Assembly (NCBI GenBank): GCA_024103275.1
Contig: JAGFIV010000036.1
Coordinates: 6,279 to 70,278 of the forward strand
Direction of reading: 5' to 3'
Origin: Flavobacteriales bacterium
GTDB lineage: Bacteria; Bacteroidota; Bacteroidia; Flavobacteriales_F; PHOS-HE28
Length of the DNA stretch: 64,000 nt
A model generated the notes under the pieces. The model ran no database searches. It worked only from the letters and a program-made list of their open reading frames with translations, and was not told the origin of the DNA. The stretch's first letter is position 1. Each line of letters opens with the position of its first letter. Below, one piece after another: positions 46,001 through 55,400 of the stretch. Position numbers and translations under genes: made by a program.

Positions 46001-47467
46001 GCGCGCTACGACCTGAAAAAGCACCTGATCACGGCGGATGAGGTCCAGTACATCCGGGTCGCCGACGCGCTGATCACCCCCGATAGCCTGCGGGTCCGTA
46101 TCGGCCGCAACGCAAAGATGGGCGCACTGACGCGGGCCACCATCACCGCCAACTTCGTGAACAAGTACCACGTGATCCATGATGCCACAGTGAACATCGC
46201 TGCCAGAAGGCAATACAGCGGTACGGGCACGTACGACTACAAGGATGAAACCGGCAAGATCTTTCCCATCCAGATGAACAACATCAATGTAGACAGCACC
46301 TTCCAGACTTACGCGTACGGCCGCATCGGCCAGGATGAAGGATTCCAGCTGAGCCCGGCCTTCGACTTCTTCGGCGACGTGCATCTCAGCGCCTCCGTTA
46401 AGAACCTCACCTTCCTGGGCAACACCCGGATCATGCACGACTGCCCGGGCATCGCCCGGAACTGGATGGGATTCAAGGGCGAGATCGACCCCATGGAGGT
46501 GTTCATACCCGTGAGCGATTCCCTGCTGGACGCCGATGGGCTTCCGGTGGGAACCGGGATCTACATGACCCGGGAAGACCCCTTCCATCCCTACGGCACC
46601 TTCCTGAGCCGGAAGGAGAACAAGGATGACAACGAGATCATCAGTGCGCAGGGCCTGCTGTTCTATGACAAGGCGAAGAAGTCCTACCTCATCTCCAACA
46701 AGGACAAGATCCGCCAGAACGACCTGCCCGGCAACCTGGTGGCCCTGAGCACGACCAGCTGCCTGCTGAATGCCGACGGGCGCATCCATCCCGGCGTGCA
46801 GCTGGGCCAGGTGCGTGCCGATGCTTATGGATGGCTGGAATACAACGGCGGCACCGCCAGCACCACTGCGCAGGTCACCTTGGTCACGGATTTCCCCTTC
46901 CTCAACAGCGCCTTGGAGAAGATGGTCACCGCCATCAGCACCTACCCGGAGCAAAAGCAGGTGGACCTGTCCAAGACCCCCTATGAACAATCACTCAAGG
47001 AGATGCTGGGCAAGGAAAAGAGCGACAAACTGATCAGCGAGCTCAGCATCAAGGGCGAGATCAAACGGCTGCCCGACGAACTGGTCAATGCCCTGGTGTT
47101 CTGTGACGTGAAGATGGCATGGAACCCCGACGATGAAGCGTGGCAGAGCAACGGCCTGCTGGGCCTGGGCACCGTGCTGAAGAAGCCCGTGTACCGCTAC
47201 CTGAAGGGCAAGGTGGAATTCCAGCGCAAGCGCAGCGGCGACATGATGACGGTCCTGTTGATGCTGGACGACCAGACCTACTGGTTCTTCCAATATGCAC
47301 GCAACTATATGTACGTGTACAGCAGTGATACCGAGTTCAACACCTCCATCAGCGACCTCAAGGACGACAAGCGGCAGTTCGCCGGGAAGAAGGGATTGCC
47401 GGACTATCAGTTCATCCTCACGAATAAGCGCAAAGTAGACGACTTCCGAGACCGCTTCGGCCTATGA
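43007..47467 (+). CDS. Large conserved hypothetical secreted protein (1486 aa)
   Basis: The ATG overlaps the prmA stop (ATGA). Signal peptide ALLAGMVTVAICAAAPFTGHAQA. Long and beta-rich, with no internal repeats or known motif. The stop overlaps the plsY start. Confidence 0.7.
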   Translation: MNPRKALLAGMVTVAICAAAPFTGHAQAPVFTNDQKAFQDEMSAFLISARKKEGQAFVEAVFAPFWNGSALDAGSRSRIVALANAMGKKRFGAFPEFKDFLSVLAAFPAGGHGPAELDAWLKTLEQAARSSRKQDLVDILDFGNGLMTERILYRTANSDWHVRSGKFTFSFDSVPAVSFDKTDLVWAIKTDSSVVEGTSGIFHPLTNMWTGKGGTITWRRAGLSTTATFVKWTRNYKLRLKATELTIDSVNFADPYFDRILLGKVTDKLTANVKASAASYPRFESYDLRKRINEIVPGIDFEGGFAMQGAKLMGYGTRTEPATLTFKRNGAPFIITKGLSYTIDPEKVSSEDVAATLLLDKDSIFHPMVTLRFMREKKMLTLIKTDVGLARGPFYDTYHQLDMYFEELRWKQDDPVVYLGNMQGTTQTRTSFESFNYFEKRRYTAMQGIDEVHPLSRLREFTKANGDHFDVMSYARYSKMQESQVKPVLIDLANKGYLLYDPDDEMVTVLPRLRQHILSSAGRMDYDALQFNSNSPDGVNGTINLLNNDLELKGVSRITLSDSQDVKIYPAEKLVTVKKDRDLTFGGMIKAGKLTFHGKEYHFHYEPFTIDLINVDSVSFMADSFEPDEQGRTRLVKVKNVLENVAGTLEVDAPNNKSGLLEEKYPQYPKFNSTRESFVYYDKKSIQNGAYKRDGFYYRSDPFLLDSLDNFSNDGLKFDGILVSGGIFPDIRETLRLQPDYALGFVRPTGDGGLPLYGKKAKFSETLTLDNKGLHGSGDLSYLTTIARSKDLYFTPDTTYGVADTLYNGAAASATMNVPNVQAANVFLRLDPGNDVLMARNLAAPMVMYDGQAYLYGRTELRPDGMTGGGLVDFTNATLGADLFKFKTMSVHSDTSNFRLTEGDTASIAFRTDNVNATIKLDERIGEFVSNGTETKVEFPYNEYICYMDRFKWYMDQGDIALESDRTAAAGNEDLQLSGSNFISVNAQQDSLQFMAPRARYDLKKHLITADEVQYIRVADALITPDSLRVRIGRNAKMGALTRATITANFVNKYHVIHDATVNIAARRQYSGTGTYDYKDETGKIFPIQMNNINVDSTFQTYAYGRIGQDEGFQLSPAFDFFGDVHLSASVKNLTFLGNTRIMHDCPGIARNWMGFKGEIDPMEVFIPVSDSLLDADGLPVGTGIYMTREDPFHPYGTFLSRKENKDDNEIISAQGLLFYDKAKKSYLISNKDKIRQNDLPGNLVALSTTSCLLNADGRIHPGVQLGQVRADAYGWLEYNGGTASTTAQVTLVTDFPFLNSALEKMVTAISTYPEQKQVDLSKTPYEQSLKEMLGKEKSDKLISELSIKGEIKRLPDELVNALVFCDVKMAWNPDDEAWQSNGLLGLGTVLKKPVYRYLKGKVEFQRKRSGDMMTVLLMLDDQTYWFFQYARNYMYVYSSDTEFNTSISDLKDDKRQFAGKKGLPDYQFILTNKRKVDDFRDRFGL

Positions 47468-48120
47468 ACATGGACTTTCCCTGGCCGTATGGCCTCGCTG
47501 CGTTCGCCATCAGTTACCTCTGTGGCAGCATCCCCAGCTCGGTGTGGTGGGGCAAGTGGTTCCATGGCGTGGACGTGAGGCAGCATGGAAGCCACAATGC
47601 AGGCGCCACCAACACGTTCCGGGTGCTGGGCCCCAAGGCCGGCATCCCGGTGCTGCTGCTGGATGTGCTCAAGGGATTCCTGCCGGTGCGGCTGCTGCCG
47701 ATCTGGAGCGGCACCGAACCCCATTCCGATGCGTGGACCCTTTTGCGCGTACTGCTCGTTTCAGCCGCCGTGATCGGCCACCTGTATCCGGTTTTCGCGG
47801 GCTTCCGCGGGGGCAAGGGCATCGCCACCTCGCTCGGGGGCGTGCTGGCGATCCATCCGGGCTCGGCACTGATCTGCATGGGCGTGTTCTTCCTTATGTT
47901 CCTGTTCACACATTTTGTCTCACTCTCCTCGCTGGTGGCCGCCGTGGCATTTCCCCTAGCCGTTACCTTTATTTTCCGTGAGCCCAGCGTGGTCCTGAGG
48001 ATCTTTGCGTTGCTGCTGTGCATCACCGTTTTCTACACGCACCGGCAGAACATCAGGCGATTGGCCAAGGGCACCGAGGGCCGCATGGATTTCACGGGAC
48101 GAACAACCTCCGGAACTTGA
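47464..48120 (+). CDS. plsY: Glycerol-3-phosphate acyltransferase PlsY
   Basis: GSIPSSVWWGKWFHGVDVRQHGSHNAGATNTFRVLGPKAGIPVLLLDVLKG and FRGGKGIATSLG are PlsY signature motifs. Confidence 0.9.
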   Translation: MNMDFPWPYGLAAFAISYLCGSIPSSVWWGKWFHGVDVRQHGSHNAGATNTFRVLGPKAGIPVLLLDVLKGFLPVRLLPIWSGTEPHSDAWTLLRVLLVSAAVIGHLYPVFAGFRGGKGIATSLGGVLAIHPGSALICMGVFFLMFLFTHFVSLSSLVAAVAFPLAVTFIFREPSVVLRIFALLLCITVFYTHRQNIRRLAKGTEGRMDFTGRTTSGT

Positions 48121-51100
48121 TGCTTGGCCCCAGCCCAGTGCCCCGTATCCTGGCCGCAGCGGCGTTGGCCCTGGCATTGCCGCTGGCAGGCCGCGCACAG
48201 GACGGCGACAAGGCACTGAAGGCCCGCGCCGATGCCCTGTTCGACAAGGGCGACTACATCGGTGCCTGGCCGATGTATTCGCAACTGGTGAGCCTGGCAC
48301 CGCAGGACCATGAACTGAACTACAAGTTCGGCGCGTGTACCATCTACAGCGGGGAGGACAAGGCCAAGGCCATCGGCTACCTGCGATTCGCCGTGGGCGG
48401 GCCGGCCACGCCCCAACTGGCCTGGTATTTCCTGGCGAGGGCCTGCCAGTTGGATTACCGGTTCGATGATGCCTTGGCCGCTTATGGCCACTTCAAGGGC
48501 ACGGCGGACAAGAAACTGCTGGCCCGGTTCCCCGTGGATGCCATGGAGCAGCAATGCCGCAACGGGAAATACCTGTTGAACAACCTCAAGGACATCGAGG
48601 TGCTGAACAAAGTGGAGGTGGATGCCTCGGACTTCTTCCGCTTTTACGACCTCAGCGACATCGGCGGCAAGATCGTGGTCACGCCCGATGAGCTGCTGTC
48701 AAGCTTGGACCGCAAGAGCGGAGAGCGCTTCCTGGTATACCTGCCCAAGGCCGAGGGGACCATCTATTTCAGCAGCTACGGGAAGGACGGGAAGACCGGG
48801 CGCGACATCTACCGCACCGAGCTGATGCCCAACGGCAGCTATGCCCCTCCGCGCAAGCTGGCCGGCTACATCAACACCGACCAGGACGAGGACTATGCCG
48901 TGATGGCCCCCGACGGGAAGAGTTTCTTTTTCTGCAGCAAGGGGCACAACAGCATGGGCGGCTACGACGTGTTCAAGAGCATCTATGACCCGGGCATGGA
49001 CACGTTCAGTGCGCCTGAGAACATGGACTTCGCCGTGAATACGCCTGCGGATGAATTGCTGTACGTGGTCGGCCCGGACGGTACGCAGGCGTGCTTCGCC
49101 AGCGACCGGGACAGCAGGCAGGGCCAGGTGAACGTATACCGTGTGGGCACCTCGCAAACCCCCTTGAACCTGGTGGTGATGAAGGGCACGTACACATCCC
49201 CCGCTTCCCCTTCGGGCCGGAATGCCGCCCGCATCATCGTGGAGGATGAAGTCACCAGGCAACGCGTGGCCGAGGCCGCCACGGATGAAAATGGCGCTTA
49301 TGTCCTGGTGCTGCCCAAGGGAGGCAGGTACAAGTTCCTGGTCCAGGATGAGGGCATGGACCGTGCCGTGTGGACCGAGGTGGAGGTGCCACCGGCCCAC
49401 CAGGCCCAAGCCTTTGCGCAGGAGATCCGCCTGACGGCGACGCCGCGTGCGCAGCTGGATGTGATGAACCACTTTGACTCCCCGCTTGGCGATGATGTGA
49501 TGGCCTTGGCCTTGGACGACATCCGCAGGCGCTCGCGCCTCGATATCACCGTCGCACCGCCCGTGGCGCAGGAGAAACCGGTGGAGGAAGACCCGGTCCA
49601 GCAGGCGGGATTCGATGGAACGGTCACTATGGCCAAGGCTACGGCCATGGCCCGGCAGGAGGCCGAGGCGCTGGCGCAACGCGCACAGGACCAGGAGCGG
49701 CGTTCACGGGCTGCCATGGAGCTGGCACTGGCCAATACCGCCGAAGCGGAGTCGCAGTCACAAGAGGCGGCGCGCTTGTTGGGGCAAGCGGATAAAGCGG
49801 CGCAGGGCACCGGGAAGGAGCAGCTGTTGCGCCAGGCCGGGGAGGCGAAGCAGCGATCGATGGAAGCACGTTTCCGGGCCTTGGCGGCCTTGGAGACGGG
49901 AAGGAAGATGCGCGAGGCTTCAGCCGGGACCGTTGCAAGGGAGAATGGCATGCACGCCTTGGCAACCCGCTTGGCGCAGGCAAAACCCGATGATAAGGGC
50001 ATCGTGTCCGACCTGAAACAATTGAAGGCCGTTTTGGACAAGAACAAAGGCCCGGAAGCAGCTGTGGACGACCAGGAACGGATGCGTGCCGCAGCGGTTG
50101 CATCGAAGGAGGATGCGGCACGCCAGATGAGGCAGGCCATGTCCCTGAGGGAGGAAGAGGGGCAGCTGGCGGACCGTGTACGCAATGCGGCAGCTGAGGC
50201 GGACAAGGCCAAGGGCCGCAAGAAGGAGGAGATCGGAACGCAGCTGGCGGTCCTGAACGAACAACATGCAGCGCTTAAGGGCGAGGTGGCGGAGGCCTTT
50301 GCCACCGCGATGGAGAAGGAGGATGCGGCGCTTATGGCACTTGGCCAAGTGGAATTGATGAAATACCTCGCCGGGGCCGCCGACCTGGGCAATGGCCCGG
50401 TGCCGGACGAGCAATCCCTGCGTGCGTTGGACCAGCGGTTGAAGCAGGTTCGCGAGGGGAACCAGGCCCTCACCATCGACAGGCAATACCTGCCGATGAC
50501 CACCGCAGCCTTGGATGAACGGGAGAAACGGACCTTCGATTGGGGCCGCAGGGATGCGATGGCACGGACATCCATCAGCCCGACCAATACCACTTCGCCC
50601 AACCTTGGAGCATGGGACACGTCCGGGGCCGTGAATGCAACGGAGGGGGGACGGACCGGGCAGTCCGGGCGCGCGGACCAGGCTGATCTGGCCGATGCAT
50701 CCAAGGCATCGGGAAACCTGGACCACGTGGATCAAGGTGGTGAAGGGTCACCGGTGGATGTCCAAGCCAGGCATTTGGAACGCCGGGACACGGCTGGCGC
50801 CGCCCCGGGCGCGGCATCCGGCGGGCGGAAGGAGCAGGCTGGCACCGAGGGGGCACCGATGATCAGGGACCAAGGACCGGCGACGCCTGAACAAGGCACC
50901 CGCACGCAGGGGACGGTTGGGGAGGAGATCCCGCAAAAGCTGGCGGAGGGGAATTCCGCCACGGAAGGTGCAGCGGAGGAACGGGCTTTCGTCCTTGCGA
51001 ACAAGCTGGCCGAGTTGGAACAATTGCGCCAAGCGGAACGGAACAAGGCCAAGCGTGATAGCCTGGACATCGCCATCACGGAACAAAAGTCCCTGATGGC

Positions 51101-53990
51101 AGCCTTGCTGCACGAACAGAAGGGGGCTGCTGCCGACGCTGGAAAGAATGCTGCAGTGCCCAACCTGGTGTACCTGGCATTTGACATGGCCACCTTGGAT
51201 GAGCAATTGGTGGAGGAGGTATTCCCGGGCTTTGAAATCGCCCGCAGGAGCATCTTGGACATGGATGTGGGGCCCGGTGAAAAGGCGGCCCGCCTCCGTG
51301 CCCTGGAGCTGCGCCTGGTGGACAGCGTGGATGTGCAGGCCGCGCGTGCATTGGCCTATTTGGAGGCCCATCCCGACAGCTCGGCGGATGTGCTGCCACG
51401 GTTGGAGCGCTGGCGCCGGATCAAGGAAGGGCATAGGGACCGCGCCAACCAGGCATTGGCGGATGCGGGCCAGGAATATGTGGCCTCAGAGACCCGGGCC
51501 ATGGAGGAGCAGCAAATGGAGCAGCAGGCCGCCGCCCATGCACCCGCGCCGCAGACCGGCTTGTCCCCGACACCGCACAACGACGCCTACATCTCCGTGG
51601 AGGATGACCTTGAACGGGTCTATTCCAGCGTGATCACCCCGCGTTCGAAAAAGGATGTCGGGGCCATCGCGCAAAAGGACCGCGACCTCGCCTTGGCGGC
51701 GGCCATGCAGGCGGAGATCGACAGCATGCGCGAAGTGCTCTCCGGCATTGTGGCGGCGAAGGAATATGCCAAGCTCGAACAAAAGATGGACCGCAAGGTG
51801 GATGATCTGTTGATCCACACCGTGGATATGGGCCAGCGAACCGCATTCATCAGCCGAAGCGAGTTCGAGGTGGCCAAAGACAGTGCGAAGGTGTTGTCCA
51901 AGGCGCTGGGAGCAAAGGGGCTGGCCCCGGACGATCCCCTGCTGCAGATGGCCGGCTCCTATGAGCAGACGGCACAGGCTGGGATGGCTCGCGCCAAGAC
52001 GCTGCGCAAGCAAGCGGATGATGCAAACGACATCTTCAGGAGGAACTCGCTCTATCGCCAAGCGTATGCGGAGGAGTTGAAGGCCCTGCGCGACATGGAC
52101 CGTTCACTCACCGTGCGCAGCTATCTCTTGCGCGGTACCGGTGTTCCGGGCGAAGCCATTAGTTATGAGGAAGTGGAGGCCCGCATGTTCCCCGCGTCCA
52201 TGCCAGGCACTGCCGCCGATCAAACGGCGGAGGTTGACGGTCCCGCGGGGAAGGAGCTTGCGGTGCGTGACAGTGTACCGGATGACGGCGTTGTGGCCGA
52301 ACAGCCCAAGGCCCTTCCGGATGGACAAACCACCGCGTCCGGTGATCAACCTCCTCCCATTCCGGTGACTCCAGTTGCAGGGGCGGCCGACAGCGTTGCC
52401 TTGGCCACCTATCTCGACCGCTTTTATTACCTCGATGCGCAGGAACGCCGGTTGGTGGAGTCCCAAGAAGAGGAGCGGCGCTATTTCCTGATGAAAGGCC
52501 GGTCTTTGCAGGACCGTGCGGACGCTACGGCTACCCAGGACGAGGCCGAGGCCGCAGGGCAACTTGCCCAAGTGCTGCGCAGTGAGGCGAGTACCCTTAA
52601 ACAACAGGGATCGGATGCCGGGGTGGGACAGGAAGACCCGGCGGTACAGGTCGGAAAATTGGAACTTCGTGCCGCCGCGTTGGAGCACCGGGCCGATTCC
52701 TTGCGCCAGGTATCCGAAGCCCTGCTAAAGGCCGCGGACATGGCCGATGCCCAGGCCGCCTCATGGATGGAGCGATTGCCGGCGGAAAGGTCTGTCGACA
52801 TCATGGGCCTCGAACAGGACCGGCGCCGCACGGAACCGGTACTGGCACGGACGCGGCCACGCACGATCGTGGCCCCGCAGCAACCCTCCTCAAGCCAAAC
52901 GGACTTGGCCGGGAAGGCCGGGCAAACCCACATGGATGCAGGGGATCGTCCGGTGCAAGGGCAGGTGGTCGATGCATCCACCGCGCAGGATGTTGCAGAG
53001 TCCGCACCAAGGGTAGGAGCGGCGGTGCCGGACCGGTTGACGCCCCGGCCGTCCGTTGTCCATCCCGCCGTTGAATTCAGCGCCAAACCGTTGGCGGCTG
53101 ATGTATTCGCCTTCCGGGAATCCCCGGCTCCCCGCGAGGCCCCTATCCCCATCGATGCGCCGATGCCGACCGGCGTGGTGTACAAAGTGCAGGTCGGAGC
53201 CTTCCGCAATGAATTGCCCATGGAGGCATTCAGCGATATGGCCCCCATTTCAGGCGAACATGCGGGAAACGGCTTGGTACGCTACACCGCCGGGATGTTC
53301 ACCACTGCGGAGGCGGCCCGTGAGGCAGGGGCCAAGGTGAGGGGGCGGGGATACCGTGACGCTTTTGTCGTGGCATACATGGATGGGCGGCGCGTGTCCC
53401 TGCGTGAGGCCATGCAGGCGGAACGCAGGGCCTTGGCGGTCGCGCCTGCGGCCGTTGCCGATCTGCACGCCAACGCCTCCGCAGGGCAACCGGATGCATC
53501 CAAGGCCCCGGGACAGGCGGTGGATCTGACGGACAGGAATGCGCAAGCGGCTGCCGAAGAAGCCGTCCTTGCGCGCTACCCGGCCACCGCGCAGGAAGTC
53601 CTGTCCGCCTTCAAGCCTTCCAATGCCGACACCGCTTACTATAACGACCCGTCCGCAGCGCCGGCCAAGCAGGTGGAGACGGTCAAGGGACTCTTCTTCA
53701 CCGTACAGGTTGGCGTATACAGCAAGCCGACCCCGCTCGACCGGCTGTTCAATATCACCCCGTTGAACAGCGAGCTCACCGCCAATGCCAAGATCCGGTA
53801 CACCACCGGACGCTTCCTGCAGGAGGCCGCCGCCGTCCGGCGAAGGACCACGGCCGTGGCACAGGGGGTTACCGATGCCTTCGTGACGGCCTACCTCAAC
53901 GGCAAGCGGATCCCCGTACGTGATGCGCGGGCCTTGTTGGCGAAATTTGGCACGGCCATCCTTGCGGATACCAGTGTGGTGGAAGAGTGA
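48120..53990 (+). CDS. Giant (1956 aa) periplasmic/envelope protein: TPR + PD40 beta-propeller + CarboxypepD_reg-like + ~1200-aa low-complexity coiled-coil + two C-terminal SPOR domains
   Basis: Start at MLGPSPVPRILAAAALALALPLAGRAQ; the ATG overlaps the plsY stop. The N-terminal TPR reads DKGDYIGAWPMYSQLV. PD40-type repeats read GERFLVYLPKAEGTIYFSSY and DYAVMAPDGKSFFFCSKGHNSMGGYDVF. A long A/E/Q/R-rich region follows. The C-terminus carries two SPOR-like modules (VVYKVQVGAFRNE...GYRDAFVVAY and LFFTVQVGVYSKP...GVTDAFVTAY). Confidence 0.8.
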   Translation: MLGPSPVPRILAAAALALALPLAGRAQDGDKALKARADALFDKGDYIGAWPMYSQLVSLAPQDHELNYKFGACTIYSGEDKAKAIGYLRFAVGGPATPQLAWYFLARACQLDYRFDDALAAYGHFKGTADKKLLARFPVDAMEQQCRNGKYLLNNLKDIEVLNKVEVDASDFFRFYDLSDIGGKIVVTPDELLSSLDRKSGERFLVYLPKAEGTIYFSSYGKDGKTGRDIYRTELMPNGSYAPPRKLAGYINTDQDEDYAVMAPDGKSFFFCSKGHNSMGGYDVFKSIYDPGMDTFSAPENMDFAVNTPADELLYVVGPDGTQACFASDRDSRQGQVNVYRVGTSQTPLNLVVMKGTYTSPASPSGRNAARIIVEDEVTRQRVAEAATDENGAYVLVLPKGGRYKFLVQDEGMDRAVWTEVEVPPAHQAQAFAQEIRLTATPRAQLDVMNHFDSPLGDDVMALALDDIRRRSRLDITVAPPVAQEKPVEEDPVQQAGFDGTVTMAKATAMARQEAEALAQRAQDQERRSRAAMELALANTAEAESQSQEAARLLGQADKAAQGTGKEQLLRQAGEAKQRSMEARFRALAALETGRKMREASAGTVARENGMHALATRLAQAKPDDKGIVSDLKQLKAVLDKNKGPEAAVDDQERMRAAAVASKEDAARQMRQAMSLREEEGQLADRVRNAAAEADKAKGRKKEEIGTQLAVLNEQHAALKGEVAEAFATAMEKEDAALMALGQVELMKYLAGAADLGNGPVPDEQSLRALDQRLKQVREGNQALTIDRQYLPMTTAALDEREKRTFDWGRRDAMARTSISPTNTTSPNLGAWDTSGAVNATEGGRTGQSGRADQADLADASKASGNLDHVDQGGEGSPVDVQARHLERRDTAGAAPGAASGGRKEQAGTEGAPMIRDQGPATPEQGTRTQGTVGEEIPQKLAEGNSATEGAAEERAFVLANKLAELEQLRQAERNKAKRDSLDIAITEQKSLMAALLHEQKGAAADAGKNAAVPNLVYLAFDMATLDEQLVEEVFPGFEIARRSILDMDVGPGEKAARLRALELRLVDSVDVQAARALAYLEAHPDSSADVLPRLERWRRIKEGHRDRANQALADAGQEYVASETRAMEEQQMEQQAAAHAPAPQTGLSPTPHNDAYISVEDDLERVYSSVITPRSKKDVGAIAQKDRDLALAAAMQAEIDSMREVLSGIVAAKEYAKLEQKMDRKVDDLLIHTVDMGQRTAFISRSEFEVAKDSAKVLSKALGAKGLAPDDPLLQMAGSYEQTAQAGMARAKTLRKQADDANDIFRRNSLYRQAYAEELKALRDMDRSLTVRSYLLRGTGVPGEAISYEEVEARMFPASMPGTAADQTAEVDGPAGKELAVRDSVPDDGVVAEQPKALPDGQTTASGDQPPPIPVTPVAGAADSVALATYLDRFYYLDAQERRLVESQEEERRYFLMKGRSLQDRADATATQDEAEAAGQLAQVLRSEASTLKQQGSDAGVGQEDPAVQVGKLELRAAALEHRADSLRQVSEALLKAADMADAQAASWMERLPAERSVDIMGLEQDRRRTEPVLARTRPRTIVAPQQPSSSQTDLAGKAGQTHMDAGDRPVQGQVVDASTAQDVAESAPRVGAAVPDRLTPRPSVVHPAVEFSAKPLAADVFAFRESPAPREAPIPIDAPMPTGVVYKVQVGAFRNELPMEAFSDMAPISGEHAGNGLVRYTAGMFTTAEAAREAGAKVRGRGYRDAFVVAYMDGRRVSLREAMQAERRALAVAPAAVADLHANASAGQPDASKAPGQAVDLTDRNAQAAAEEAVLARYPATAQEVLSAFKPSNADTAYYNDPSAAPAKQVETVKGLFFTVQVGVYSKPTPLDRLFNITPLNSELTANAKIRYTTGRFLQEAAAVRRRTTAVAQGVTDAFVTAYLNGKRIPVRDARALLAKFGTAILADTSVVEE

Positions 53991-54029
53991 CCGGTGCCGT
54001 AAATTCGCCCGTCACAGAGTTGATCGGCG

Positions 54030-54311
54030 ATGGATACCCGGTGGAAGGAAGAAGGACAGGCCGTGGCGGAGCACGTGGCGGCGGAGGAAAAACTGCGGGA
54101 GATCATCCTGCATAATGATGACGTGAACACATTTGAGCATGTGATCGTCAGCCTGATGGAGGTTTGTGACCACGATCCGCTGCAAGCGGAACAATGCGCC
54201 TGGCTGGTCCATTACAAGGGCAAGTGCAGCGTGAAACGGGGCTCGTTCAAGACGCTCCGGCCCCTATGCGAGGCGTTGTGCGAACGCGGCCTTTCCGCGG
54301 ATATCCAATGA
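54030..54311 (+). CDS. clpS: ATP-dependent Clp protease adaptor ClpS
   Basis: 93 aa. IILHNDDVNTFEHVIVSLMEVCDHDPLQAEQCAWLVHYKGKCSVKRGSF matches the ClpS core. Confidence 0.9.
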   Translation: MDTRWKEEGQAVAEHVAAEEKLREIILHNDDVNTFEHVIVSLMEVCDHDPLQAEQCAWLVHYKGKCSVKRGSFKTLRPLCEALCERGLSADIQ

Positions 54312-55114
54312 GGGCGAATCAAGCGCGGATCCTTGCCGTGGTGGGTATGATCGGGCTCATGGCCGGGTGTTCAAGGGTACCCATCACGGGCAGGAGCCAA
54401 CTCAACATGATCCCCGAGGGTGAGTTGATGTCCATGAGCCTGACTGAATACCAAGGCTTCCTGAAGGAACATCCACCGTTGCCTGCATCGGACCGGCGCG
54501 TGGTGATGGTGCGGGCCATCGGGCAGCGCTTGGCCACGGCCGCCACGGCCTATTTGCAGGAGAACGGCGCGGGCGACCGGGTGGCGGATTTCAGTTGGGA
54601 ATTCAATGTCGTGGCCGACTCGACCGTGAATGCCTGGTGCATGCCCGGGGGCAAGGTGGTGGTGTACACCGGCCTGTTGCCCGTCACCCGGGATGAGACG
54701 GGCCTGGCCTTGGTGATGGGGCATGAAATCGCCCATGCCATCGCACGCCATGGCAACGAGCGCATGAGCCAGGCCATCACGCTGCAGGGCATTGGGATGA
54801 CGCTTGAGGCCCTGTTGTCGCAAAACCCCACCACCGCCAGCAACCTCTTTCTCCAGGCTTTCGGGATAGGCGGGCAATTTGGGCTGTTGGCATACAGCCG
54901 CAAACAGGAAAGCGAGGCGGACAAAATGGGCCTTGTCTTTATGGCCATGGCCGGGTACGACCCGCGCGTGGCCCCGCAATTTTGGGAACGGATGGCGGCC
55001 CAGGGAGGGGCCAAACCACCGGAACTCTTCAGCACGCACCCGAGTGATGATCGGCGGATCCGCGACCTGGAGGCATACATGGACGAGGCGTTGAAGTATT
55101 ACAAGCCCCGTTGA
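54308..55114 (+). CDS. M48-family zinc metallopeptidase (lipoprotein; LoiP/YfgC-like)
   Basis: Start at MRANQARILAVVGMIGLMAGCS (lipobox). HEIAHAIARH is the HExxH motif, with a downstream E in SEADKMG. The start overlaps the clpS stop. Confidence 0.85.
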   Translation: MRANQARILAVVGMIGLMAGCSRVPITGRSQLNMIPEGELMSMSLTEYQGFLKEHPPLPASDRRVVMVRAIGQRLATAATAYLQENGAGDRVADFSWEFNVVADSTVNAWCMPGGKVVVYTGLLPVTRDETGLALVMGHEIAHAIARHGNERMSQAITLQGIGMTLEALLSQNPTTASNLFLQAFGIGGQFGLLAYSRKQESEADKMGLVFMAMAGYDPRVAPQFWERMAAQGGAKPPELFSTHPSDDRRIRDLEAYMDEALKYYKPR

Positions 55115-55240
55115 TGCCCAGGGCCCATCATCGGGGTGCGGTGTTGTCGCAGACCGTGATGAGGAAAAATGATCCAGGAAAGGCACCTTGGTGTTATATT
55201 CGCGCCCGCTTTTGGCATCTCGTGCTATGCTGAGGCGATC

Positions 55241-55314
55241 GGACTCGTAGCTCAATTGGATAGAGCACCTGACTACGGATCAGGAGGTTTGGGGTTCGAC
55301 TCCCTACGGGTCCA
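55241..55314 (+). tRNA. tRNA-Arg (anticodon ACG)
   Basis: Manual cloverleaf: acceptor ggactcg/cgggtcc; D-arm gctc-aattggata-gagc; anticodon stem cctga/tcagg with loop ctACGga; T-arm tgggg-ttcgact-cccta; discriminator A. The D-loop resembles E. coli tRNA-Arg(ACG). CCA is not encoded. Confidence 0.85.
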
Positions 55315-55321
55315 CCGAAAT

Positions 55322-55352
55322 GAAGAAGCCTTCCCGACGGGAGGGCTTCTTC
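55322..55352 (+). terminator. Strong GC hairpin downstream of tRNA-Arg (likely bidirectional terminator)
   Basis: gaagaagccttccc-gac-gggagggcttcttc is a 14-bp stem with one G-U. It sits between the tRNA (+) and the convergent DUF1987 gene (-). Confidence 0.6.
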
Positions 55353-55400
55353 ATTCCAGGAAAAGCTGGATGCCACTCCCGGTATCCGTCGGGCCGGTGA

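Noticed and set aside
44693-46990. 765-aa minus-strand ORF
   Set aside because: Antisense shadow within the 1486-aa gene. Gly/Val/Ala/His-rich.
49298-51434. Several 200-470 aa minus-strand ORFs
   Set aside because: Antisense to the A/E/Q/R-rich coiled-coil region of the SPOR protein gene. Ser/Ala/Cys/Arg-rich artefacts.
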